The position numbers were made by a program, and so were the translations under genes. 64,000 nucleotides of DNA from Moniliella sp. 'wahieum' (taxonomy: Eukaryota). The stretch lies in NCBI GenBank assembly GCA_003971905.1, contig RSEE01000110.1, forward strand, positions 124,001 to 188,000, given 5' to 3'. This document shows positions 1 to 9,448 of the stretch, one piece after another. A model generated the notes under the pieces. It made no database searches. It had not been told where the DNA came from and saw nothing but the letters and a program-made list of their open reading frames with translations. Every line of letters starts with the position of its first letter. The first letter of the stretch is position 1.

Positions 1-370
1 GAAGCGGGGCCTGAATCTTGAGTGGCGCCCGCGGCCGCAACGAGGTAGCGTGCCCGTTCCTGGCGGAGCGCAAACTCGAGCATCTTAACACGGCGCATCA
101 GATCGGTCTTGGCATTCTCCATACTCGCTCGCTCCCCTTCGAGCAGGGCAATGCGGGCTCGCATCTCAGCGCGTTCGATCTCCCATTCGTTGCGTTCGCG
201 CTCGTATTGCCGCCATTCGGATTGGAGGTGGTGGAGCACCCCAGAGAAGGTTATTGGCTGGTGTCGCTAAGACCCATCAGGCCGGACCCGCTTCCCGTCC
301 CGTTGTCTCCAATCCCCCCACTTCCACTTGCACTCCCGTTCCCGTACTCGTTGGCCATCGTTGTTACCAT
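1..370 (-). CDS. FAR8: Striatin (STRIPAK scaffold), 5' part, runs off the window edge
   Basis: My minus-strand translation gives TFSGVLHHLQSEWRQYERERNEWEIERAEMRARIALLEGERASMENAKTDLMRRVKMLEFALRQER, the striatin N-terminal coiled coil. ATG at 370; one frameshift near 252. Not shown in the ORF track. Confidence 0.9.
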
Positions 371-1578
371 CCAGGAGCTCCACTTGCTCGCCACGTCCAG
401 AAATCGAAGCTAGAAAGGACCAGGGGGGCTGAGCTAAGCAAACGAAATGTTCACAAATGCAATTTACTCCACATTTTTATACCAGGCACCGCTTTACCAT
501 CAGGCCAATAGTCCTTCAGAATAAAAGAACGAGTATAGTATGATGATGGCCAGTGAGTACTGAGTATACAATTTGGAGAGTGGGTGGGGAAGGCAACATG
601 TAACGTAGATCACTAGTGACATGTGGCCCGACCTCTGCTCCTGGCGTTACGCGTTATAGCCCGCATACAGGTCAACGTTGAGTGTTATGGGGTGGAATAC
701 GTTGTCGAGTGCTGAAAATCTTCGTGCGCAAAACTCAGAGGCTATGCCAACAACTTGTGGGTTAGAGGGATAATGGTAATTGCTCCAGAGGAGGCGGCTT
801 ACTAGCTGGTGGAGAAAACGTCAAAAAAAGTCACAGGAGCAGAATGACTGTGTCAAGATTGACGATCGGATGACATGCATAACACGGATAATGGAACCGG
901 GACCAGATAAGTTCGCGACGGTCCAATTCTTTTGTGGCAACGGAGGCGGAATGGACATCCTTATTCATTGATCGCCGAGACCATCGATCATCGACCAAGC
1001 TGTCCCTCAGTGAAAGTCACTAATTGATGAGACCTGCAATCCACTGGTGGTGGTAATGATCTAAGCCAACCAGTAACGCCTACAGAGGAACATCAAATTT
1101 CAAGCAGGGTGTCGCCACCAGGGGCTAAGCTGCGGAACAAGGAAAAAACAGCAGAGTGAAGACAACGGAACTCCTAGGCCCGAGGCCCGAGGAGGAACAG
1201 AAGGGATGTTGGCCGGAGCACGAGCCAGCCGGTGGCTCAACGCTAGTGAGTGACTATGACTAGTAACTAGGAACTTCGCTAGTGCGCGTGAGCCTCACGG
1301 GTAAGTCTGAGATATCTGAAGGTCTGAGAGGGTGACCGTGACGCGCTGATACCTGAGGCTCAGGCCCCTGAGGTCGGGCGTTGATTGGTTGATTCAACTG
1401 GGGAGTTTGAAGCTACTCAGCTTGAAGCTTGAAGCTCTTGGCAAATGGGTAGAAATCCACCCGCCTACCACCGGCCACCGATCGCCAAACGCAAATCACT
1501 TGCAGGCCCCAGCAACAAAGAAACAAATAGGGTTGGCCTGAACGAGTACATCATGCGGTGATCGGTGGGTGGCTCTGG

Positions 1579-1996
1579 ATGCATCATGCATCATGCATCA
1601 TGCACATCATCGACATCATCTGCATCTGCATCATCCTGCATTGCATGATCGATCCATCGACGCGCGACGAGCGAAGCGCATGACGAGGACGAGTGACCGA
1701 TGACCGGCCAGTGACCGGAGTGACCGGTGACCGGTGACCGGCGACCATTGACCAGGTGGCACGCGCCACGATCCTCTTCTTGTTAGATAATCCAGTAGTA
1801 CTTCAACTTTTTCCCATGTCTCCCTTCTAGCCATGTCACTCTCCTCTACGTCTACTCGTACTCAGTACTCACTACCAACGAATCTTTTACCTACCTGAGT
1901 TATCAACTTGAGTACTCGTTGAGTACTCGGTGCTACTCGTCTTCCCTCGACTATACAGCGACGTTTTTCAGCTGTGATGCATGATGCATGATGCAT
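1579..1996. repeat. Cluster of 7-bp-period palindromic arrays: (ATGCATC)n, (GTGACCG)n, (GTACTCA)n, (GATGCAT)n
   Basis: 1579-1604, 1711-1746, 1858-1871 and 1975-1996, read directly. Confidence 0.9.
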
Positions 1997-2743
1997 GTGG
2001 ACTGTCTTCGATGCGTGAATCTTGTCAGTGCAGTCCTTCGCCACCGGGCCACCATGCATCAGTGCATCCGTCCCATCGGGCGGCGGCAGCGGCCCAGAGC
2101 CAGCGTCAGGCCTCAGACGTGGCCCAAAGCTCTAAAGGATTCAGTCGGTGTGTGATGGAGGGAGACCGCTCCTGGGCTGCATTCCCAGCCACATCAATGG
2201 GGCGCGGGGGCGCTTCGGGGCCCGGAGGCTGTGCTGCCGCGGTAGGCGTTGGGTCAGGCCAGCACCACACCAGTCTCGTGTGCCCTTCCGCCGCGAAGCG
2301 CTATGGGATCAGGAGGGCTATGCTATATGCAGACTATGGCGCTGAGCCGCTGAGCCGGGGGTGCCTGGCTGCAGATCTGCTGAGGACGGGCACGGGGGCA
2401 GTTTCGCTGAGATTGTGGGTGAAACTAGGCCTCGTGCTCTGCGCTTCCTCGGCCGTGGCTTGGTGGCCAGTGACCGGACCAGTGATGTTCCCGGCTAGCT
2501 ACTGGCCATGCTCTCCTGCACCTGAAGCTGGACAGAAGCTGGAAGCTTGACTTCCCAGGCAGAACAGGGGCCAGCTTAGGTAGCGGGAGGAGGCGGGGCA
2601 CTGGCGGAGATTGCCGGTGGGCCATCCTCCACCTCACCAGTCGTTGGCTGCCTTCTGCCCACACACTTCGTCTCCCCCCACCTTCCTCTCTGCCACCCTT
2701 TTGAGCCACCTCCCCATCCACGTTCTCTACCCGCTTCTTGGGC

Positions 2744-4684
2744 ATGTCATATCCCTTTGCCCAACCCACGACGCCTGAGGCGGACCATTTCCCCTCCGAA
2801 GTGCCCCACCTGCCCACCTCTCCTACCGGTCCCAAGATTTTTGCCACGCAGCCCCTCAGTCCCCCGGTTGATGTGGGTTCGGCCGATCCGTACCTCACCA
2901 CCGCAGATGGTCTAACCCAGCGCACCTCTTACGGCCGGGCCTTCACTCCCTCTCCCTCCGCCAGTCCACTCACCAGCCCCCTTCCCAGCCCCAATCTCGG
3001 AACCAATGACGGGCCTCTGTCGCTCGCGAGCCACTATCTCCCCGGCAAGATTGGCCGGATGCACCGTCTTGGCTCCCGTCGCCACCGCGGTTCGTCGCCC
3101 TACGTTGACCAGCAGCGGAGGAGCCACTACGAAGCCATCGGAGAGGACGAGGAATTTGGTGCCAGCGCACCTGCCACTCCTCGGGGAAGCACGTTTGGTG
3201 CGGGTGCCTTCCGTAGGGGTGATCCCAGCCGCTGGTCCACCCTCTCGGCCAATTTGGCTGCTTCCAAGAACACGCCCAAGCCCACTCTTCAGCAACTTGC
3301 TGCAGAAGACGGCACCCTTGATCTCCCGACCTTGGGCGGGCACCGTTCTCCTACCCCTTCGCTCCGGCCCCATTCGCATCTCAATTCCATCGCATTGCCG
3401 AAGCAAGGCGGGGGGAGGGATGCATGGGGTCCGAACGGCGGTGGCCATTCAGTCTTGGGCGCGGGTGGATTTGAAGACGACGATGGAGTCAATCTCGGCT
3501 TTGCATCGGGCGCAACCCCCGCCGCGCAAGAGGCTGCGCTACGGCACCGGACCGTGTTTAGTGTGACGGCTAAAGAAGTGCTTGACACTTACAAGGACGA
3601 CCCCGACACGCAAGAAGAGCCCAACTTTGTTCATCGCCTCATGAACAGCGTCTTTGCCCGCGATTCAGACGGAAAGGGCAAACGCCGTCTCCGCTGGAAC
3701 AAGTTCAAGTGGGCCCTTTTTGGTGCCAATACGCTGCTGACCCTGATCTCCATTGGTGGGCTGGTAGGCACCATTCTTACCTGGACCAACGTATGGGCCC
3801 GCTCGGACATTGTGCGGACCGTCAATCGTACTGAACTCATTCTCGGAACTACCGCCGCGTCTTTGATGTTTACCACGTCAATCATCGGATGGGCGGGGAT
3901 CCTGCTCAACAACCGTGCTTTCCTTGCTGTTTGGACCCTCCTCCACTGGATCTGTTTCGCCTTCCTTGTCGCGCCCGGATACATTGCCTACAAGCGGCAC
4001 ACCTTTAACCTTGAAGGGAAAATGAACGAGGCCTGGTCTCGTTCCCTTGGTGTGGACGGCCGCAGGATGGTGCAAAACACGTTAACCTGTTGTGGCTGGT
4101 TCAACCCTACAATCGAGGCCAGCGAGAGCAGCCTGTGTTATGCCCGTTCTGCTCTTCCCGGGTGCAAAGGGCGGATGACACGGTTTGAACGCATGGCCTT
4201 GCGGTACATTTACACCTGTGCTTTCTCACTCGTCGGCCCGCACCTCGTCCTGATTGTAATTTCCCTCTTGTCATCCAACCACATCACCTATCGTTTCGGA
4301 AAGGGTCTCACTCCCCCTGCCTATCGTCTTAATTCTACCACGGTTGCTCGGATCCAGCAGGACTTTATGTCCAAACTTACCGATATGTACGGACCCGAGA
4401 TTGTACCGGCGGTACTGGCGACCCAGAAACGGTTGCAGCAGGACCGCCAGAGCCTGCTCGACGATAACCGGAGCGATACGCAGCTGATCCCTGCGGCCAG
4501 TCGAGCCATTCCGGACTCTGCTTCTGAAGCATATCTTGCGCCTCCTTCAAGCCACTCTCACCTGGGCGACTTGGGCGATCCTCTCAGTCCTCTGGATGCG
4601 TCGGAGCAGTCGAATGCATACGCCCAGGCTTACGGAAATGACCTCTATCCTTACTCGCCATCCCGGGAACAACTCATGCGGTAA
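2744..4684 (+). CDS. TSP2: Fungal tetraspanin, Tsp2 family (long cytoplasmic N-terminus)
   Basis: Intact ORF with a long S/P-rich N-terminus, 4 TM helices, and a CCG motif plus further Cys in the large loop (LTCCGWFNP...CYARSALPGCKG). Confidence 0.85.
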   Translation: MSYPFAQPTTPEADHFPSEVPHLPTSPTGPKIFATQPLSPPVDVGSADPYLTTADGLTQRTSYGRAFTPSPSASPLTSPLPSPNLGTNDGPLSLASHYLPGKIGRMHRLGSRRHRGSSPYVDQQRRSHYEAIGEDEEFGASAPATPRGSTFGAGAFRRGDPSRWSTLSANLAASKNTPKPTLQQLAAEDGTLDLPTLGGHRSPTPSLRPHSHLNSIALPKQGGGRDAWGPNGGGHSVLGAGGFEDDDGVNLGFASGATPAAQEAALRHRTVFSVTAKEVLDTYKDDPDTQEEPNFVHRLMNSVFARDSDGKGKRRLRWNKFKWALFGANTLLTLISIGGLVGTILTWTNVWARSDIVRTVNRTELILGTTAASLMFTTSIIGWAGILLNNRAFLAVWTLLHWICFAFLVAPGYIAYKRHTFNLEGKMNEAWSRSLGVDGRRMVQNTLTCCGWFNPTIEASESSLCYARSALPGCKGRMTRFERMALRYIYTCAFSLVGPHLVLIVISLLSSNHITYRFGKGLTPPAYRLNSTTVARIQQDFMSKLTDMYGPEIVPAVLATQKRLQQDRQSLLDDNRSDTQLIPAASRAIPDSASEAYLAPPSSHSHLGDLGDPLSPLDASEQSNAYAQAYGNDLYPYSPSREQLMR

Positions 4685-5077
4685 CTTTTCTTTTTTCATG
4701 GTCATTGGTCACGGGGAATGTTTTTGCAGGCTCCCTCGCATCTCTTTCTCCTTATGGAGACTTCTTCACCTTCGTTTTTCTGCCTCACTGCCGATCTCTC
4801 GTTTTTTGCTGCATTCTCGTGTCCCTCTGCGTTCGTCACCCGACTATATCGTCTTCCACTATATCATCTTCCACAGCGTGCCCCAAAGTGCTCTGCAACG
4901 CAATCAAAACTGCTTCAATCGTGTGTCCTAGATCACGTCCATTTCATTGATAGAGCTTAAGGCTGGGACAGGGGAACGTTACGTCTAAACGGCTAACCGT
5001 TCATCTTGCGGAGGGTTACTTGGGGGCGCCACTAAGGTCAAGGAACCAGGGGGATCGCCAGGATATCAGGACCCTCC

Positions 5078-5236
5078 TGTCAGCGCCATCATGCATGCAG
5101 CTGATCACGCATCACGCATCGCTTGTTCTATCCGACTCTCCTCTATGTTCTGCCCCTAACGGGCTCCTCTCTTGGAATAGATCCATCACCTCCCTCTGTC
5201 TTCTTCTTTCCGTAGGCTTTTGTCCTCGCATTAACA
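5078..5236 (+). repeat. 5' LTR (159 bp)
   Basis: TGTCAGCG...CATTAACA; identical by eye to 7486-7644. Confidence 0.97.
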
Positions 5237-5246
5237 GGTTGAGCCC
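5237..5246 (+). promoter_or_regulatory. Primer-binding site, half-tRNA-iMet type
   Basis: GGTTGAGCCC directly after the LTR. It matches the usual fungal copia PBS GGTTATGAGCCC (tRNAiMet anticodon region) but lacks AT. Confidence 0.7.
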
Positions 5247-5346
5247 ACACTATCCTCTGAGTAGGCGGAGACTACACCTCTCTCGTCTGCCCGCCTGAGC
5301 CCTACTTATATTTTTTTTCCCACCTACCCCCACCCCACACGGCTGA

Positions 5347-6794
5347 ATGCCTGGTCTCCGTTCCGGAGCCGATACTGCTTTTCCACCCCTTTCCAAGAAG
5401 AAGCGTAACCCGCGCGCCGAAAGCATGTCTGCCGACGCCATTCTCCCTGTCGAAGCTACCCATGAGGAGCCCGCAGTTTCCATTCCTCGTGTCGAGGCTA
5501 CCCAAGAGGAGCCTGCAGTTCCCCACGCCACCCCCGCCGCCCCCGAGCGTCTGGACGTGAAGACGCCCAAATTGCCCACGATGGCACCCCCCCCCTCTGT
5601 CGAAGGAATCATCACTCCCCGAAAACCAACCTAACCCACCATGAGCTCATGTTCCTGTTGCATCTTCAAGATTTACACCCCGAGTGGTCTACGGAACAGG
5701 CACAAGATGCGATTCACGACCCCGCATTCATGCACGAATTTGCTTACTTTGCCCGCAAGTACCGCATTCAAGGTACCGCGGCGCTGATTCCCAATTGGTT
5801 TCCCCCAGTTCGAACATCTGCCCCACAGCCCCAGCAGTGTTGACACTTTCCCCCTCTGGAAATCCCTTCTCATCAGACACGTTCTGTGGAGGAGGAGATG
5901 ATTAGGGCGCTGGCTAAAGGAAACAGCTTACCCTCCTGGGAACTCGGAACGACGCACTGGCTTGATTATGACTATGATACGCGCAACCAGCTCTCGGCAT
6001 ACCAGTTCCTGAACCTAGTCGTCAACGGCCCCTCTTCCCCTGAGGAAGAGCTGATCGACAGGTGGCTCGAGCATGTCCTTTTGACCAAATGTGACTCGAC
6101 CACGCAGAGTCATGTTGCCTGCGGTTCGGCCTCAGGCCTGTACCGCAAGATGTGCGAGCGCAATCGTCCCACCCAGGTCAAACTTGAGAGTGATGTCAGT
6201 TCCCGCCTGGACACACTTAAGCCTGCGGCGCATGAGACGGCGCGGAAGTTCCTTGCCCGCATCGAGCGGATCGTGGGTATGGGTGAAATGATTGGACTCC
6301 CGCTCAGCGTTCGTGCCTGGAGCGTTCTTGCCAATAGCTGCCCTGAGCCGAATCGCGTGAAGGAGCAACAGCTCCAGGGCAAGACCCGGAGCCAAGCGCT
6401 GCAGTTCTTGAACATCGAGGACACAGTGCTCGTCACCAAGGCTGTTTCCTCGCACAAGGGCAAAGGAGGGCGCGCAGAGCGCAATGGTACCTGCCGTCTT
6501 CACCCCAATGGCAGACACGCAGAGGCCCAATGCTGGTCACTGCATCCGGAGTTGAAGAACATGCCGATGTCGAGCAGCTCGAATAACTCCAATACTTCCC
6601 ATTCGGCCACAGCAGTTAGTCGCTACGCCAGGCAGGAGGAACCCCCCGCCACCGATGTACTCGCCCGGCTATATGCCGACGTACTACCCCTCACCTCTGG
6701 TTTACCAGCTCCGGCATTCCCACAGCCAACTAGCCCTACCGCGAACGCGCAAGGCCTAGCCCCCGTTTCTTTCCCGCCTCCTGATCGCCAGTAG
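5347..6794 (+). CDS. gag: Copia Gag (frameshifted in its 5' part)
   Basis: ORF pieces 5347-5634, 5649-5843 and 5886-6794; zinc knuckle CRLHPNGRHAEAQCWSLHPEL; ends at TAG 6792-6794. Confidence 0.75.
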
Positions 6795-7014
6795 GAACTC
6801 GCGGCAGCCCTGTCACAGGGGTTGCCACCACCCACCACTGCGTCTGCGCTCCACAAGCTGGTAGTTGACAGCGGCGCGACGCCGAGCATGGTCCGCTCGC
6901 CCGAGGGTTTCATTTTCCTCGAGCCTGCGACTGGGTGGGTTGAGTTGGCTGGCGCGTCCAGGAAGCTTGCGGTGACAGGCTGTGGGGTGAAGCGGGTTCG
7001 ACTCCCGGCTTCCA
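6795..7014 (+). pseudogene. Copia aspartic protease (N-terminal part, in frame with gag after the TAG)
   Basis: LVVDSGATPSMV...VELAG...LAVTGCG; truncated by the internal deletion. Confidence 0.8.
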
Positions 7015-7419
7015 CAGTCGACCGCTGAAGCTGAGATGATGGCTATTAGTGAGGGCGCCCGCGACGCTCTCCGCATTCGTAACCTCATGGTCGAGCTTCA
7101 ACTAGTACCTTCCAACTGTCCGGTGGATCTCTATAGCGACTCGGCTGTTGCCCTGTCAATTATCTCTCGCCCTGGTTTCATTGGACGCCTTCGTCATATG
7201 GACATTCGCAACCATTGGTTCCGCGAGCATGTCGATTCGGGGCGCATTTTGTGGCACAAGGTTCTTGGAACCGAGAACCCCGCGAATGATTTTACCAAGC
7301 TCCTACCGTATACGGTTCAACGCTCCAGTGTAGGTCGCTACCTCACGCTCACGCCGGATCCTGGTGGGGCTGAGGAGACTTCCCGCATCAAGCCCATTTT
7401 CGGCTCAGATTCCTCCTAG
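7015..7419 (+). pseudogene. Copia RNase H (C-terminal part)
   Basis: QSTAEAEMMAISEG...LYSDSAVAL...RHMDIRNHWFRE...TENPANDFTK match the copia RNase H consensus motifs. Confidence 0.9.
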
Positions 7420-7470
7420 CCAGCTGGCTCTTGATTTGTCACTCTTCCAATCTCGTCGGATCCTAGCGTC

Positions 7471-7485
7471 GAGTCGTGGTGGGGC
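7471..7485 (+). promoter_or_regulatory. Polypurine-tract-like plus-strand primer
   Basis: G-rich GAGTCGTGGTGGGGC directly before the 3' LTR. Confidence 0.6.
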
Positions 7486-7644
7486 TGTCAGCGCCATCAT
7501 GCATGCAGCTGATCACGCATCACGCATCGCTTGTTCTATCCGACTCTCCTCTATGTTCTGCCCCTAACGGGCTCCTCTCTTGGAATAGATCCATCACCTC
7601 CCTCTGTCTTCTTCTTTCCGTAGGCTTTTGTCCTCGCATTAACA
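7486..7644 (+). repeat. 3' LTR (159 bp)
   Basis: Identical by eye to the 5' LTR; followed by the TSD CCTCC. Confidence 0.97.
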
Positions 7645-8058
7645 CCTCCGGCTCACGCCATCCGGTCCCGTACCCTAGGAAGCGCGTGTGGACACGGAGG
7701 AACGTGGTTGACATCCGAGCGAGGAAAATATATCTACACGCTCACATAATTTTGCATCCACCAACGGAGTTTCCAAGCCCCAGGTCCCTGCTCCACAATC
7801 ATTGTCAACAGCTGTTGGTGTGGCTGTCTTCGGCGTTGGCTGTCGGCGTTGGCTGCACCAAGCACCCTTGGATGAGGACGAAAGTGAAACAACCATATGT
7901 GCCGAACTGGCCCTGTGTCGGACGCTGCGGTGCAACTTTGAAGCGGTAGGGTTCCGCTGCGCTCCGCATCGGGCGTGGGGCTTGTCAGACGTCGCATGTG
8001 TCACCGGGGCGCCAGGAGCGGGGGCCTGGTGCACCACCACCACCAGCCGTTCTGCACG

Positions 8059-8898
8059 ATGGGCCGCCACGGGATTAACTTTTGCTGCTGTGTACGTTGG
8101 TGCTTTGCTCTTATTGCCCAATCCCCGGTCTAACATACTACCCACTCACTCTAGGCCTTGCCACTGATCAACAGTGGCAGCTATGGCATCTGCCTTCTCA
8201 ACTTTCTCATGGGCATCGCCGGTGTGCCCTTGCATTTGGCCCCAAGGAGATTGTTGCTTTGATGGGGGTGTCATTGTCATGGACAAAGTATCTCACTGGT
8301 CTCTCGCTCCTTGTTGTGGGTCTGTGGCAGGTGGTGGGTGTGATTGGAATCGCGACGGAGCGGTACTCGGTCTACCGTCTCTACCTCTTTCTCCACCGGT
8401 TAGGCCTGCTGGTCATCTTCATCCCTGCCATTGTGTTTATCATTGTGGCCGGGGTACAGCACTCCAAGACATACGACTCGTGCATGGGCAACTTTGGGTA
8501 CAACCCGCCCATCACCGCCTCGGGCCACGTCAATAATTTCAACTCCAATACCTCCAATGAAGTTGGCCACGACATTTGCAACGCTCTCATCTATGCCCAA
8601 TTGGGCTGCATGTGGTCTCCTCCTCCTACTTGCGGTACTTGAAGTGCGTTTCTCCCTTCTCTGTGTCATGAGCGTTCGAACTGACTGGTGATCTTCCTCC
8701 CTTCCCTAGGCCTACTTCGTCACGTTGCAAACCTCCTATGGGCACCAAATGCGCGACGCTCTCCATGACTTCAAGAAGTAAGCTCTCGAAACCTCTGTTG
8801 GACTATGTGTCTCTTTTTCTTTTCTATTCCATGTACTAACCCTCCCCTTCCCCTGGTCACCAAGTGCCGATGAGATCCCCCTCACGTCTCATGCGTAA
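8059..8898 (+). CDS. Multi-pass membrane protein of unknown function (tetraspan-like, 4 exons)
   Basis: MGRHGINFCCC, intron 8092-8154, then ALPLINSGSYGI; several TM helices; two more GT..AG introns with CTGAC/CTAAC branch points; stop at 8896-8898. Confidence 0.65.
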
Positions 8899-9448
8899 CC
8901 TATGAGTCCTGTTTACTCCCGCTTGCTCCTGCCCCTCTCATCTGTTTTTCGCTCGTACCTCCCCGCCTCCCACTGGACCTTCCCTACCTCAGCCTTTTTC
9001 TGTATTAGCCCCCTGCGCCGCCTGGGGTCGCCACGATTGAAGCTACAACGATGGCAAGTGACATGTCAGGTTGGGCAAAGTCTCGATTGCGCCATCATGG
9101 GTAAATACCAATCGTTCCCCTGCCATGTCTGTGCCGGCCCCGCTGTGAAGATCAGGTGTATTACAGAGAAAAGTCCTTTTGATGTTAATAGTCCATAGTG
9201 GTATGGGCTTTGAGGGAGCATTGCCAAAGTGGATAGTTGATGGGGGGTCCTTTTGACAAGGGAACCGAAAGAATGCATGAAACTGTGGCTTAGACTAGCG
9301 GCAGAGGTTATAATATCCCGACCATTAGGGTACCCCACTGCCAACTCGTGACCCCGCTGAATCATTGGCCAGTCCTCCCGAGCTTCAAGCTTCAAGTTTG
9401 GAGTACCCAGCCCTAAACCAAGGGAGTGCATGAGACGGGTTTCAGATC

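Larger units (their letters stand above)
5078..7644 (+). mobile_element. Ty1/copia LTR retrotransposon, internally deleted (gag-PR-partial RNase H; no IN or RT), 2567 bp
   Basis: Two 159-bp TG...CA LTRs; 5-bp TSD CCTCC (5073-5077, 7645-7649); PBS-like and PPT-like sites; DSGAT protease motif; copia-type RNase H motifs. Confidence 0.95.

Noticed and set aside
1579..1996. MITE bounded by a perfect 22-bp inverted repeat (1579-1600 / 1975-1996)
   Set aside because: The inverted match follows automatically from two near-palindromic heptamer arrays in opposite orientation. There is no clear TSD and no second copy of the interior.
1200..2000. Synthetic polylinker or CRISPR-like array (many restriction-site hexamers)
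   Set aside because: The sites are degenerate, tandem and scattered over many native intergenic regions. There is no repeat-spacer structure or vector sequence.
1981..2550. 189-aa ORF and other short ORFs starting in ATGCATG arrays
   Set aside because: The starts are created by the repeats, and the products have no domain-like features.
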